From contig NC_042998.1 in NCBI RefSeq assembly GCF_006345805.1, positions 81,406,001 to 81,470,000 on the forward strand: a DNA stretch of 64,000 nt. Reading direction: 5' to 3'. Of the stretch, positions 1 to 13,764 are shown piece after piece. The position numbers and the translations under genes were made by a program. The notes under the pieces are model-generated. The model was given only the letters and a program-made list of their open reading frames with translations, was not told the DNA's origin and did not search any database. How positions within the stretch are numbered: the first letter of the stretch is position 1; every line of letters begins with the position of its first letter. The stretch comes from Octopus sinensis. Its lineage: Eukaryota.

Positions 1-237
1 CATGTATGTATATCATTATTATAGTTGTTGCTATCGTTGTAATAATATTGAAGACAATCAACGACAAGTGACAATGTCAATTACATCAGATCTATTGAAC
101 TGCACCAATTAGTTACATCATTTTATCTTTGTGTTCAAAATCCCACCGGGATAAAGTAGCATTTCATCTTTCCGGAGTCAATAATTAACAATTAATTACA
201 TAGCATAGTCTGTTTAATTAACTAATGTCATTCCCAG

Positions 238-299
238 ATTGTATGACAATGCACTAGGATTCTATAAAAGATTTCAATGTTATTATGAGGCAATATACG
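238..299 (+). CDS. Candidate host-gene exon A (LYDNALGFYKRFQCYYEAIY)
   Basis: tcattcccAG acceptor and GTAAGT donor. Stop-free in phase 2->1 and joins in frame to exon 737-778. Product not recognised. Confidence 0.45.
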
Positions 300-736
300 G
301 TAAGTTGGTAGAGCGTTGAACAGAACATCTTGAAGTATTTGCGTACGTATTTGTTGGATTCTAAGTTCAAAGCTGATGCACTCAAATTTCAATTTAGCTT
401 TTATTCGTCGAGCGAGTCGATAATAAAATGTATCAATCTGCAATATGTTGTCTTTTTTCCTCTCTTACACATTATCATTAACTTATGATGTATTTTAGAT
501 TTTTGTCAGAGAAAAGTTGAGATGATTTGATAAATTTTGTTAAAATTCTATCAAAATTATATTCCGATGAAGTTCACAATTGTTCATTATTATCATCTGT
601 GTCTTAGCATCCTTCCTTTAAATCTCTTCTTTGCTTCATTTTTTAAATCCCAGCGTTGTACCTTATCACAGAGAAACCTACACATTTATTACCATACTTT
701 GTATTGTTGTTCATATTGTCGTTGTTTTAATGACAG

Positions 737-778
737 TATCGTGCAGAAAATCTTTGAAGATGAATTCACCTGTCGATT
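737..778 (+). CDS. Candidate host-gene exon B (VSCRKSLKMNSPVD)
   Basis: tgacAG acceptor, GTATGT donor, 42 bp, symmetric phase 1-1, open frame. Confidence 0.45.
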
Positions 779-1210
779 GTATGTTATATAAAGACAGTAC
801 ATATGCCATATAAAATTATAAGCTGAACGAATCCTTCACTTACATTAAATACTGCATCAGTAACATAAATTTAGATCTAATAATTTTATAATATAAAGAA
901 ATCATATTTTATGTACAATCAACTTTTGAGGAGCAAATTACACCCCAAAAGTTGATCATTGTATCAGCATGAATCAGACATAAGCTGTTTTTAACGTTAC
1001 TGGTTGTTGTCATCTAGATACTAAAAATCTATTATAAAAATATAGGTCACTTTGACAGATATACATTCAACTGAATGTCATCTACTATTGGCAAATATGA
1101 AAGACGTTTGATATATGCTTAGTGAGATAAAAGATCTTTGAAGGATATTTACAGAATTGATCGATAGTTTGAACATCGCCAAGTTTGTCATTTAATTCGA
1201 AACACCACAG

Positions 1211-1282
1211 ACTCCGGAGAATCTAGCGATGTGACGTCAGTAAAAGTACAAAAACGTCTTATCAGGAAGTACAAAGGAAAAC
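1211..1282 (+). CDS. Candidate host-gene exon C (YSGESSDVTSVKVQKRLIRKYKGK)
   Basis: cacAG acceptor, GTATGC donor, 72 bp, symmetric phase 1-1, in frame with A and B. Confidence 0.45.
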
Positions 1283-1388
1283 GTATGCTTCATTCTATTA
1301 TCTTCCTCGCCCCTAGGCACCAAAGATCGTATCACGTTCTAGGAATTAGCTATGTATTGCTGTATATATACGTTTTTTGCGTTTATAA

Positions 1389-1680
1389 GTATGGCTTGGT
1401 AGTTAAGGTGTTGTACTCACGATTGCGAGATCGTGGGTTCGCTCCCCAGATAGTGCGTTGTGTTGTGTTCTTGAACAAAGCACTTCATTTCAAGTTGCTC
1501 AGCGATCATTTCGACATCTAACACGTGGCACCCGTTGTACCTGTACAGGTAATGTCAATCTGATGGAGGGGATGAGCTTATGTCTACACAAACATTTGAT
1601 CACTATAAACAATTCATATGTGTGATTGTTCGGTAAAAAATTGTCGATCCCTCATAGGTTGTCTAACGAAGGGAGAGTCC
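1389..1680 (+). mobile_element. tRNA-derived SINE, family D (diverged)
   Basis: A-box-like ggcttggtagttaagg and B-box-like ggttcgctccc. Homologous reverse-strand copy at 21961-22237. Confidence 0.7.
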
Positions 1681-3251
1681 ATCATATATATATATGATTT
1701 TGTGCATGTATATATATGTATATGGGTGTATGTGTATATACAATTATGCATTCGTAAGTACAGGTCTGTATGTTTGCGTGTGTGTCTGTGAATGTATCTG
1801 TGCCGCGTGTAGATATGTGTGGATGTATGTTTATAGTTACAATACATGCTATTATTTTATCATCAACCCTCCGCACTCTCCATAAGTCTCACTATGGACA
1901 ACTACACTGTTGATCTACATCTATTCTCCCAATCCTAATAGCCCAGTTCCTAACAGCTTACTAACCCTTTCAATTCTATTTATAGTTATCCTACAAATAC
2001 TTCATAATCCATGGCTCTAAGCACACTGAACGCTATTCTTATATAATTACAATTCACCTTGTGATTGCAATTATATTTCTTTGTCGTAAGTTTCCTGCCG
2101 TTTCTGGACAGCCATCTCACCTTTTTCCCTACCTCAGCCACTACTTTGATCATCACTGTCCTACGTGTTGATTCCTTTAATATCTGACTACCCCACGCCA
2201 TGCATATCTCTTTCCACACCATTCATTCGCATATTGGTTCTTTCCTGTCCACTCAAAGTTCATTCTTCAAATGTTCTTGTATCTTTCTGTCCAACTCAAA
2301 CTCTTTAATTGTTTCTCACTCTTTGAAGTATATCAAATATCCGAAGCCTTAAACAGTTCTACTTCTCAATAACACATGTTCTCTTTCTCTTCAAACTACT
2401 ATTAATATAGGTGGCTCACTTTGACGTTAACTTATAATATTTGGTATTTTAAAATCAATTACATTCGCATTATAAACTGGAAGTTTATAGAATCTTATCA
2501 AAGTTCCGCAAAGAATTCATTTCATACACTAGCAGTTATCATACCCCTAACATTTTAAAATGTAGCTTATATTGAAATGTACCTGCTCCCATCATACCAC
2601 ATAATTTCTTTTGCTATTTCATTAGTAATGTCCCATTTCGATACGTGTTCATCTCTGGCAGTTCGTCTTGGGCACGTATCAGTACAGAAATAAGCTACAT
2701 TGCGTACCTGGTCTTGAGTACTACAGCTCACATACAGAAAGGCGAGATGATTGTCTCAAATGCGCTTTACTCTTCATTTCATTAAATAGAAAGGTATATA
2801 AGAGTATTCAATGTCAGCTAATCGCAAGATAAATAAAGAACTAGCGGAACGATAACTATCTTCTTGGCTGATATGAATTGTTCTTTACAAAAGTGATTTA
2901 TTAATTTAATCATTACTTTTATACGTTTGTTAACAAAGAAATTGCGATTGTGTCCTGCGTAACAATAAGAATAGGTTGCAACAGTTGAATGTACTTGAGT
3001 TAGTTAATTACTTTTCTTTCTTGTTTTGTGGCTAAGGACGAAAAAATGTTGCAAAACAATCATATTGTGAAATATAATTTACGTGATTAACGTTTAAATT
3101 CTTAATAAATATAATACACAAAACATTGCCTGCCTGATTTCTCAGAGGAAAACACATAAACACATACACACACACACATACATATACACACACACACAGA
3201 CACATATCTGACAAGTCGCAAATTCTCCGTTCTCCATTTTGCAAGACATTT

Positions 3252-3348
3252 TCTGAGCGTTACCCACTATTCTCGTCTCCTTGGCCCCAAGGGTTCCAGT
3301 TGATCATGATCAACTGGAACCCTCGTCGTCGTAACCGACAGAGTGCCA
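3252..3348. repeat. Repeat fragment containing a perfect 34-bp palindrome (3290-3323)
   Basis: agggttccagttgatca|tgatcaactggaaccct is self-complementary. Flanks resemble a SINE/LINE tail. Confidence 0.6.
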
Positions 3349-3712
3349 CGACGACATATTTGTGAATAATTGCAGATAATTTTCTTGGGAAACTTTTTCC
3401 AGGGAAGAAAGAAATCATATAACAAGAAAATATTTAACTAAACATGAGTTACAATTTCATAATAGCAACTATTACTCAAAAACACAGTGTGACCCAAATA
3501 TACAAAATTTGTAAGCGTGTACACTTAGAAGCGTAGTATAGAAGATGAAGTTACCGTATACCGCTCCAGCGAGGCAGACGATGAGTAAAGCACTAAGTAG
3601 AGAGAGTCCTGATAAAATTGTCTTTGACTCCATGTGACGGCAGAAAACTGAAGAAGAAAAGAGAAAACGAAAGGTTAAACAGTGTGAATAACTTGTTTCT
3701 TATGTTCAAAAG

Positions 3713-3876
<164 letters not shown>

Positions 3877-5937
3877 ATTCCTTTACACATTATATATGTA
3901 GGTGTGTTTATAAATTTATATATATATAAATGTATGTATGTACACATATATATGTGCATGTGTGCATGTGCGTATATATATATTTGGTTTCAAATTTTAT
4001 CACAAGGCAAATAATGTCGGGGTTGTTGAAGGCATAGCTGTGCGTGCTTCGATATATTCTAATATATATTTAGGTGTGTGTTTGTGTGTGTATGTGTGTG
4101 AGTGTGAGAGCATGTATGTGAGAGTGTGTGTATTAGTACAGAAAAGTGAGCGCGCGCGTGCTAGCGTGTGTATATGCGTATACGTGGGCGTATATAAACT
4201 TGATATTTATTGAAATTCTACTTTGACGCACCTGATATAATTGATTGTGCAAATGAATATCTGAATGCACAATAGATTGCTCAGGGTTTAGCAGTTAAAC
4301 AGTTGTCAACGGGTTGGGTCTTAGAACATCGAGAATGCAAACAAATGCACACACAATAAAACAAACTGCTGAGTTGACAGATAACAAAGCGGAATAGCTG
4401 TGAATCGTATGACATCGATCAAATAACTTAGAAACTTCAAGTACCTGTTTTAATTGGTACGCTGAGTAAATGTCTATTGATGTATCATTGATTACAAGCG
4501 AGCCGTGTAACGCTGAATCAGTATAATGTTGATATAATCAGTAAATGCTTGTTTGGTTCATGTCTTGTCGTTGTAATAATTTATCTTTGATCAAGAATCC
4601 TAACTACGGACGTGGAGTTCACTCATCTATAAGAATAGGCACCCACCCCTTCTGAAACGGTCTCTTTCTGAGATTAACGGTACCCTTGTCTTACTTTACC
4701 TTAATTTATTTTACCCATAGGCTCTTTTCCAAAGTATGGAAAACGTCTGTCCTATTTCCAAGGAGCTCTGACATCGTAAGCCCTAACGTGTTTCTCTTTC
4801 AACAATTCTTTCAACAAGTGAAACAAATGTAAAGAACAAACAACTCTATTCCTTTTGCCGTCTTACTTTTCTCAGATACCACCAATAGAATCTCAGTGAA
4901 GCCGCATATACCGGAGAACTGATCGCACATGTAACATTCTTGTTCTCAAGCGTAGACAGGATGGTCTATCTACGGCTTCTTGCTAAATTTAGCTACCACT
5001 TCTTCATAATGCACTCTACTATTTCTGTAGAAGGAGAAACCGCTATATGGGTGTTTTCCAACCTATGCAAAGAGTGTGTCCTATTTTCAAGGGACCGAAC
5101 ATCGCTAACTATTCTACGTTTCTTAACTTTCAACTATTTTCTCAGATTACAAATTACTGTGTTCTTAAAGGAAAAACCAATCGAATAATATCAACGATGC
5201 CTGAAAGCGATACAAATGATCGTTGCAGCAGTAAAATGTTCGTGATATGCCTGCTCAGTCAGGGCTTATATAAGAGCGAGTAACAATACGAATTAGTAGT
5301 TCCTCGGCTGTTATAATTCCTTCTAAGGCAATTTTCTTATCAATAACAGCAAGGGTTTTAACTATGTCTAAAAGGTGAATCTCGTATTTAATTCGCCCCA
5401 TTTATCTTCCGTACCATTAAGAGAATGTCTTCCAGTGTGTTCACTCATGTTACAATTGGTTTAACCTTATATTTGATTATTTTTTCATGCGATCTTTCAC
5501 CTGTATATCATCGACTTATAAGCTTTTACTTCAAAAATCCATAGTCACATGCCGATGATACCATTTCACCATTTACCAAACTTCCACAACCTTAATCTGC
5601 ATGTAACATAAATATCTCCCACCAGGCCTGCTTTGTCGCGAATTTAGGGAATCGAATAAGCCTTAATTTCGAGCGTAATTTGACTACAGCTATACACAAA
5701 CATGCAAGTCACTCACAAACACTCATATATATATATACAAACACGGACATTCAAATACACACACAGACACAAACATAGAGACACACACACACACAAATAG
5801 ACACACATATACATCGATATTCCACGGTATGATACTGAAGTTACATATGACGAATGACTGTTCTCCAATGTCTACTGTTACTAATCGACTCCTATATTTC
5901 TCCTTCTCCTTCTGTCGCCTCTATCCACATTTCATAG

Positions 5938-6027
5938 TGCACAGAACTCCAGACGTTCAGACTACATCTCTGACATGTTGAAGACTATTGCATCACATCA
6001 TAAAGTTCCATCCAATTCAAAATACAA
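5938..6027 (+). CDS. Candidate exon (AQNSRRSDYISDMLKTIASHHKVPSNSKY)
   Basis: Long pyrimidine tract plus catAG acceptor, GTATAC donor, 90 bp, phase 2-2, open frame. Confidence 0.25.
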
Positions 6028-8213
6028 GTATACTCTTCGAAAACGCTGTCTGAGATGCCGAGCAATGATACACATGGAGATTAGAAATCAGTAGGCTGTT
6101 CAAACTCAGACGCTAGAGAAACTCGTAAAACTTAAAATGAAACATAATGTTATTCTCGGATCATTTTCTTTGCCGACTGCTTAATAGGGATATTTAACTT
6201 TTTGTGCTTTTTTATCATTTGTTGTTATTTTGTAGTGATCTAACTTAGAGCAACTTCATTGAAATATCTCGTTTTAAAGCTCTACTCACTTTTAATAATG
6301 TAGATAACTGTATAGTTTATTGTATAGTATATTATATATTATATATATCTGCCCTGTATAATACTAATAATATCATATAACATGTAATTACATGCATGCA
6401 TGTACATACTCATGCAAACATATAAACACATGCATGCATATAGCAGACATACACGCATACATGCATGCGTGGTTGAGCACGCATGTCTTTATGCGCGTAT
6501 TTATTTATATGCATACAATGGGTATCTGACTGGGTAGCTATGCTTTCATTGGGGAGCAAATAAAATAATATGAAAGCGATATCAACATGACAGAAACAGC
6601 TAAAATAATAAGCTACTTGATAGAAGAAAAACAACTTTGATAATATATAACAATTCGGAGATTACTAGAGTGACATTTCAAATGCGTATACAAGATTGCA
6701 CATATTCTTAGATTCATAAACATACCAAACACACGAATTAAACAATAAAACACAAAACCCCCAAACGTGTATTGTTTGCTGTATATTATTTATTTTATGT
6801 ATAATATTCTGTTGGAAGGAAAGATGACATATAACTTATAGAAATACTGACCGCGTGACAGCAAAAGAGCAACTTGTAATAACAGGCTCGTACATGCATA
6901 TACAGAGCACAAATACGACATCCATGCAAGCACAAACGCATACGTACACAAACACACACATACACACATGTACACACTCACAGACACACTCAGAAAAACA
7001 TTTGTACATATACAGAGAAAACAGCATGCATAAATAGATAACAACATAAATGAGAGATATGCAAAGAGATATGTGATGTGTGCTCTGTGTACATAAGGAT
7101 ATACAATCATTAGTGTAAAAATTCGTTCATACTTTGCAATGTATCAACTACGTCGCGTTTTACTAAATTCCAACTAAATATGAAGAGAAAGGGAATAAAG
7201 TGATTAATTATTCATATTCCCCTCTGGAAAATACTTTTGTTGATATCGATTTGTTTATTGTGCATGACTCAATGCTTACGTATGCAATCACATGACCAGA
7301 TCTTTACATAAAATCCAATATACATCAGTTTCTCCCTGATTAACAACATTGATTAACTGTATTGCTTATAAAAGCAAAAGAAAGTAACATTAATTTGTTC
7401 AGTCTTTAAATTTTATAGCTTGCACTGCTTAAATGATACACAACGGACCACTCAAACGAACTTTGAATTCTGTTGGTTGCTCTTAAATTGGAGTCGGTCC
7501 TTTCACTATTATCAGTAATACAATAGAGAACTTCCCGATTCCTTTTGACCATCATTAAATCAAATAGATTAATTCAATATTCCCATTATCGTTCTATGGT
7601 AGAAGCTTTTATCACTATTGTAAAAAGTATTTCAACATAGTGAAATTCAAATCTCTACCTAAATAAGCCGGAATTAACGTATCGCTAATTTAGTTTCATG
7701 TTTGATTTCTTACTCATGTACAATATCATGAATTCGTAAAGATGAAATGCGATTTTTTGTTGTTCATGCTTTTCCAAAGGCAATAAATCGTTATATGTTG
7801 TTTTATAATTAAAATATACTTAAAATGAGTGTAAATACGGATACTTCTTGTTTTATTTATTTATTTTTTTAGTTTTCTCAGTGTAAAAACAAAATGAGCG
7901 ACGATAACTGTTGTAGATCATCTATGTCTGAAGTGATTGTAGTGGTGAACGTAGAGATTTGAAGAGACAGACATCTGATTCAAATTCTTGTGACAGAATA
8001 ATCAAAATATAAGAGCGGGTGAGATGTATTTTAGTGTTAATGTTAGCTGATTACCACGTGGTTTTGGGCTCATTCCGCTCCGACAAGACCTTGTGAGTGA
8101 ATCTGATTGACGGACACTGCTTCTAAGCCCGTCGTACGTACGTACGTACGTATGTATGTATAGATAGATATATGTGTGAGCGCGCATGTTTGTGTGTGTG
8201 TGTGTGTGTGTGT

Positions 8214-8374
8214 AGGCACAGGAGTGGCTGTGTGGTAAGAAGCTTGCTTTCCTACCACATTTTTCCGGGTTCAGTCCCACTGCGTGGTAACTTGGGCAAG
8301 TGTCTTCTACTATAGCCTCGGGCCGACCAATGCCTTATGAGTGGATTTGGTAGACGAAAGCTGAAAGAAGCCCG

Positions 8375-8421
<47 letters not shown>

Positions 8422-8656
8422 CACATATATATACGTATATATATATATATGTATGTAAGTGTCTGTGTTTTCCCACCACCACCAACCGATGTTGGTGTGT
8501 TTACGTCCCCATAACTTAGCCGTTCGGCAAAAGAGACTGATAGAGAAAGTACTAGGCTTACAGAGAATAAGTCCTGGGATCAATTAGTTCGACTAATGGT
8601 GGTGTTTCAGCACGGAGGCAGTCAAATGACTGAAACAATTAAAAAGATTAAAAGAG
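8214..8656 (+). mobile_element. tRNA-derived CORE-like SINE, family B, with internal (TA)n
   Basis: gtggctgtgtggtaag A-box, ggttcagtccc B-box, cttgggcaagt CORE-like motif, aaaagag-repeat tail. Further copies in the window. Confidence 0.85.
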
Positions 8657-8684
8657 CAATATATATATAGATATATATATATGT

Positions 8685-8993
8685 GGAGGCGCAATGACCC
8701 AGTGGTTAGGGCAGCGGACTCGCGGTCGCAGGATCGCGGTTTTGATTCCCAGACCGGGCGTTGTGAGTATTTATTGAGCGAAAACACCTAAAGCTCCACG
8801 AGACTCCGGCAGGGGGTGGTGGCGATCCCTGCCGTACCCTTTCGCCACAACTTTCTCCCACTCTTTCTTCTGTTGGCCTGCTCGCTTAGCCAGTGGGGTG
8901 GCGTAATTTGAAGGCTTAAACAATGCGAAGCGCATTGTGACCAGCGATGTGTAGCAACATCTGATAGCTTGGTCGGTCACGTGATCACGTGAT
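8685..8993 (+). mobile_element. tRNA-derived SINE, family C
   Basis: ggcgcaatgacccagtggttagg A-box and B-box-like ggttttgattccc. GC-rich body, ends in tcacgtgatcacgtga then (TA)n. Confidence 0.7.
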
Positions 8994-9034
8994 ATATATA
9001 TATACATACACACTCATATATATATATAGATATG

Positions 9035-9250
9035 AGTGTCTGTCGTTGTGGTTCTCTTTTTCTCCACCACCACTTGCCAACCAATGTTGATTTGCTCTTG
9101 CCTCTGTCACACAACGGTTCGGCAAAAAGGACCGATGGAATAAGTACCAGACCTAAGAATAAGCATTGGTGTTAACTCGTTTTACAAGATCATTCATAGT
9201 GATGCGCCAGCATGTCCGCAGTCCAATGAGTGAGACGAGTAAAAAATAAA
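9035..9250 (+). mobile_element. SINE family B, 3' half
   Basis: Matches 8460-8656 (cggttcggcaaaa...gaataag...agtaaaa). Confidence 0.7.
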
Positions 9251-9523
9251 AGATTGAAAAGAAACAAAGGAAAATGGTTACAGTATAAATGACAAAACAG
9301 TCAACTAGAGTTCAGCTTAAATATGATTTATCTCGTTGAAGTGAAACAGGAGCAATACGCTCAGCGGCTACTTTTAATGAGTTACAAAATCTTATATTAT
9401 TATAGAGAAATGCCAATGTTATAGCAAGCTGGCATTCTTTAAGACACAACTTAAAGTTCATAATTCTTTCAGGAAACACAAGTAGCAACAAAATCACTGC
9501 TCTAATGCCATTGCCTCTACTGT

Positions 9524-9622
9524 AATGATGATGATAGTGGTGATGATGATGATGATGACGATGATGATGATGAGATGATGATGAGATGATGACGATGATG
9601 ATGGTTATGAAGATGATGATGG

Positions 9623-9670
<48 letters not shown>

Positions 9671-9716
9671 CGATTATGATGATAAAAATAATAATGACGA
9701 TGGTGAGAGATGATGA
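9524..9716. repeat. Degenerate (GAT)n trinucleotide repeat
   Basis: Direct reading. Explains the poly-Ile/His ORF 9312-9731. Confidence 0.95.
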
Positions 9717-9932
9717 CAATCGCGACGGCATCGGATTTTATTTATTTATTTATTAACGAGAAGCATTTAATCGTCCGAGCGACTGAAACCTCTAGCCGTT
9801 GATTTAATATGACAGTGGCCGAGTACTCCGCCTATATGAATTGCTTCTTGAACTGATATTCAAGCTGAATCTCTTCAGATAATTTATGCACTCGAGCATG
9901 AGTGAAACGCCAATTAATGATTATCAGAATAA

Positions 9933-10122
9933 TGGTTTCAAATTTTGGCACGGGGCCAGCAATTTCAAGGATGGGATTAGTCGATTACGTCGATCTCAGT
10001 AATCAAATGGGTGATTTTATGAACCCTGAAAGGTGAAAGGCAAAGTTCATCATGGAGGAATTTGTATGTAAAGACGGACGAAATACCACTAAGTTTTTTC
10101 CTGACGTGCTAAACGATTCTGG
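9933..10122 (-). mobile_element. SINE family A, degenerate
   Basis: aaaggcaaag...gacggacgaaatacc...gtgctaa matches the reverse complement of 15152-15383. Confidence 0.65.
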
Positions 10123-10335
10123 TGATGGAGATGATCACTAGCCCAACGTTTGTGGGTTAGACCATCCCTTCACCCTCGGTATTTTATTCGTACATTTATT
10201 TTATTGACTCCAAAATAGGAGAAACATATTTAACCTTAGTGAGATTCAAACTCAGAAAGTAAAGAACCGGAAAAAATACCGCGTGGTGTTCAGTCGATTC
10301 TGACAATCTACTCTAAACTAATATTTTTTTCTCAG

Positions 10336-10442
10336 ATTTTGGAACAAAGCTCGGAAATTTCGGGGAGGTGGAAGTCAAAAACGTTGACACATCGACCTCC
10401 GTAGTACAGTGGGAAGATACTTTATCGACATCAAAAGAATAA
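10336..10442 (+). CDS. Candidate phase-1 terminal exon (FGTKLGNFGEVEVKNVDTSTSVVQWEDTLSTSKE*)
   Basis: Strong tttttttctcAG acceptor. Open frame with an FN3-like V-x-x-V-D-T-S-T-S-V-V-Q-W stretch, ending at TAA. Confidence 0.25.
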
Positions 10443-10569
10443 CAGGCAATGTTGACCTCGACAAAATTTAATGTCGAAACGTAAAGCCATATCCTCGTAA
10501 AATACTGTCTAAGTAATCTCAAATTTTAAAGCAGACAAAATTTCTTAAGTTTTCTTAAACATTCTCGAG

Positions 10570-10705
10570 AACAACACTATGTACAAAACCAAGTATATGG
10601 CACCCTAAGCATAACACCAACATGACCTTCTAAGTTGTTACTTGAGGTCTCTGGCTGAGACTTGGAGCCAACTTGTACAAATGCAAAGCAAAAGTCAAAC
10701 ATAAA

Positions 10706-10758
<53 letters not shown>
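10570..10758 (+). mobile_element. 5'-truncated 3'-UTR stub of R4/Dong-clade LINE with (AAT)n tail
   Basis: Homologous to 12580-12720 (gagacttggagccaacttgtacaaat...aaagcaaaagtcaa) and followed by (AAT)n. Confidence 0.85.
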
Positions 10759-10759
<1 letters not shown>

Positions 10760-12719
10760 GTATGAGATCATGGAGAACCACACTAACTTTGAACAGTGAC
10801 AATGAATCTCTAAATGCTGGTGATGTAAAAATTTCATGTGGCATTTTCCAGGGTGACTCACTATCACCACTCCTCTTTTGTTTAGCCTTAATACCTCTCT
10901 CAAAATTGCTCAATGACGCTCAGTACGGATATAAAATGTTTGATAAAAATATAAATCATCTCATTTACATGGATGATTTAAAGCTCTTTGCAAAAAATGA
11001 TCAACAACTCAAGGGCTTACTTGCGATTGCTAAACAATTCAGTGATGACATCAGAATGCAATTTGGCCTCGATAAATGTGCAAAAGCTACCTTTATCAAA
11101 GGAAAAATGACAGAAACATCTAACGTTAACCTTGACCACCAGAATGTCATAAAAGAATTAGACCCAGAGGAGAGCTACAAGTACCTAGGGGTAATTGAAG
11201 GGGACGGAATAAGGCATTCAGTGATGAAGGAAAGGATCAGGAGAGAATGTTATCGCAGAGTAAGAGCAATACTCAAGACAGAGCTGAATGCGAGAAACAG
11301 GATCGAAGCGATCAATGCTTAAGCCATACCAGTCGTGACTTACAGTTTTAATATAGTTAACTGGTCAATTACTGAAATATGTAATCTTAACAGAAAAATA
11401 CGAAAACTGTTGACAATGCATAGAATGCACCACTCTAAGGCAGATACAGAACGACTTTATCTGCCAAGAAAAGAGGGAGGCCATGGACTTTTACAACTGG
11501 TAATAACAATGAAGATTGCTACAATTGGCCTAGACACCTACCTGAAAAACTCTGAGGACTGGATGTTAAAACTTGTCTCAAAACATGAAAACAAGAAAGC
11601 ATCATACTCAGTAACAAAACAGGCAAAGGAATATCTAAGTGAATTCCGAATACAACAAATTCCGGAATTAGACATACAAGAAACAAGCACAGAAAAAGCT
11701 AAACGCATGAAAACCCGTGCTAAAACTGCGGCCTTAGATATTCTGAATGATAAATGGCAAGAAAAATCTCTCTATGGCAAATACCCAAAGAGAGCAAATA
11801 ATGCAGATGTTGACAAAGCCCTGACCCATCAATGGCTAATGGCCTCTGGCTTAAAATCTGAAACAGAAGGGTTTATCATAGCAGCTCAAGATCAATGCCT
11901 ACCTACAAGGAACTACCAGGCCAACATATTAAAGAACGGCAGTAGCCCAACATGTCGTGTATGTCAACAACAAAATGAAACCATTGATCATGTCTCCAAG
12001 TGCAGTCTTCTAGCGCCTACAGAGTATCGCAACAGGCATTATAGAGCTGCACAATATATTCACTGGGTAATTTGGAAAAACCTGGATTTGCCCCATGAAA
12101 AAAACTGGTGGAAACACAAACCACCTGCAGTGCTTGAAAATGACCACATCTCACTCCTCTGGAACTTCACCATTCAAACTTACAGAAAGATAGATGCAAA
12201 TAGGTCAGACATCATAATGAAAAACCTCAGACAAAGAACATGCCTCCTCATTGATATGACTGTCCCAACCGATTTAAACGTATCTGTCAAGACCTACCAA
12301 AAACTGAGCTAATATAAAGATCTTGAAATAGAAATCAGCAAAATGTGGAACCTGAAGACTAAAACAATACATGTAGTCATAGGTGCCCTGGGAATGATAG
12401 CAAAAGGGGCTGATTGCTACCTAACTCAGATACCAGGAAACCCCAAAATGGCAGAAATTCAAAAGATAGTGCTCATGGGAACTGCTCATATCCTACGCAA
12501 AATACTTTCTATGTAATCTCAAGGTTTAAAACAAACGTAATTTTCGTTTAAAAATTTATTTTTTTGTTTTAGACATTCACTAGTACAACACTAAAAAAAC
12601 CCAAATATATGGCACACTAGGCATAACAACAACACGAACTTCCAACCTGTTGTCTCTTGATGTCTCTGGGTGAGACTTGGAGCCAACTTGTACAAATATA
12701 AAGCAAAAGTCAAGCAAAA

Positions 12720-12793
<74 letters not shown>

Positions 12794-12800
12794 TAATAAT
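10759..12800 (+). mobile_element. 5'-truncated non-LTR retrotransposon, R4/Dong clade (RT + CCHC + restriction-like endonuclease), with (AAT)n tail
   Basis: GIFQGDSLSPLLF and YMDD RT motifs, LGV thumb region, CRVC..ETIDH..C zinc knuckle, RH, NR(S)DI..IDMTVP..K*YKDL RLE motifs, 3' UTR and (AAT)n. Confidence 0.93.
10762..12516 (+). pseudogene. Disrupted RT-RLE ORF of the R4/Dong-like LINE
   Basis: One reading frame 10762-12516 with premature TAA at 11320-11322 and 12310-12312. The RLE PD motif reads SD. Confidence 0.92.
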
Positions 12801-12924
12801 AGAAGCAACGACAACAGCAACATTAATAATAATAATAATTTCATTTATTTGTCTCGAAGACGCGAAAGATGAGGGGGACAATACACAGATAGAATAAAGT
12901 GTGGAGGTGTACATATAGTAATGA

Positions 12925-13010
<86 letters not shown>
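12925..13010. repeat. (AAT)n microsatellite
   Basis: Direct reading of the sequence. Confidence 0.98.
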
Positions 13011-13011
<1 letters not shown>

Positions 13012-13213
13012 TCTTTATTCTTTATTTAATAACTCCTGCTTTATCTCTAACAATAACTATTAATGACACTTCTATCGTCATTCTGCCATTGTAATTATTA
13101 TTAACGATATCTTTAAGATAAATCATTGTTAAACGATGATTAATCATTTGTATAATACTTCAGTCGAGTTTGATTATAAGGGGTTTTGTGTATGTTTTGA
13201 CATTGTCTTACAG

Positions 13214-13280
13214 ATTTGAAGAAATATTTCCTAATAAAGCGTTATCCGAACCACCAACATCACCACTATCACCCCATTAA
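13214..13280 (+). CDS. Candidate phase-2 terminal exon ([21 protein letters not shown])
   Basis: ttgtcttacAG acceptor. Open frame to TAA 13278-13280, phase-compatible with 5938-6027. Confidence 0.22.
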
Positions 13281-13427
13281 CACTACCACCAACACCACCA
13301 CCACCACCACCAAAACTACCACAACCTCCAATACCCCCATACCACCACCATTAACATTATATTTACAGCAACATATATACGAATATTTATACACAAATAC
13401 GCGTGTATATATACATATAAGTATGTA

Positions 13428-13505
<78 letters not shown>

Positions 13506-13727
13506 CACACACATATATATATATATATACATACATCTTCTGTTCAATCTTCTGTAGTAGGCGGATTAAATGTGGAATATCGGTATATTGGCTTCAGAAT
13601 AATCTTCTTTCGCCCTTGCTTATAAAATATTTATAATTTTAACCGTAAAGGTTCTTTTAATATACTGCCACACTTCCCGATGGGATATTTTTCCGTAGAG
13701 AAAAAAGCCTCATCCTTTTTAATAGTA

Positions 13728-13764
<37 letters not shown>

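Noticed and set aside
1900-2720. Purine-rich minus-strand region with ORF 1986-2222
   Set aside because: Many stops in all frames and no motif I can assign. At most an old TE remnant.
4596-4670. NPNY-containing terminal exon (NPNYGRGVHSS...ETVSF*)
   Set aside because: Only a weak AAG acceptor, and phase 0 is incompatible with the neighbouring candidates.
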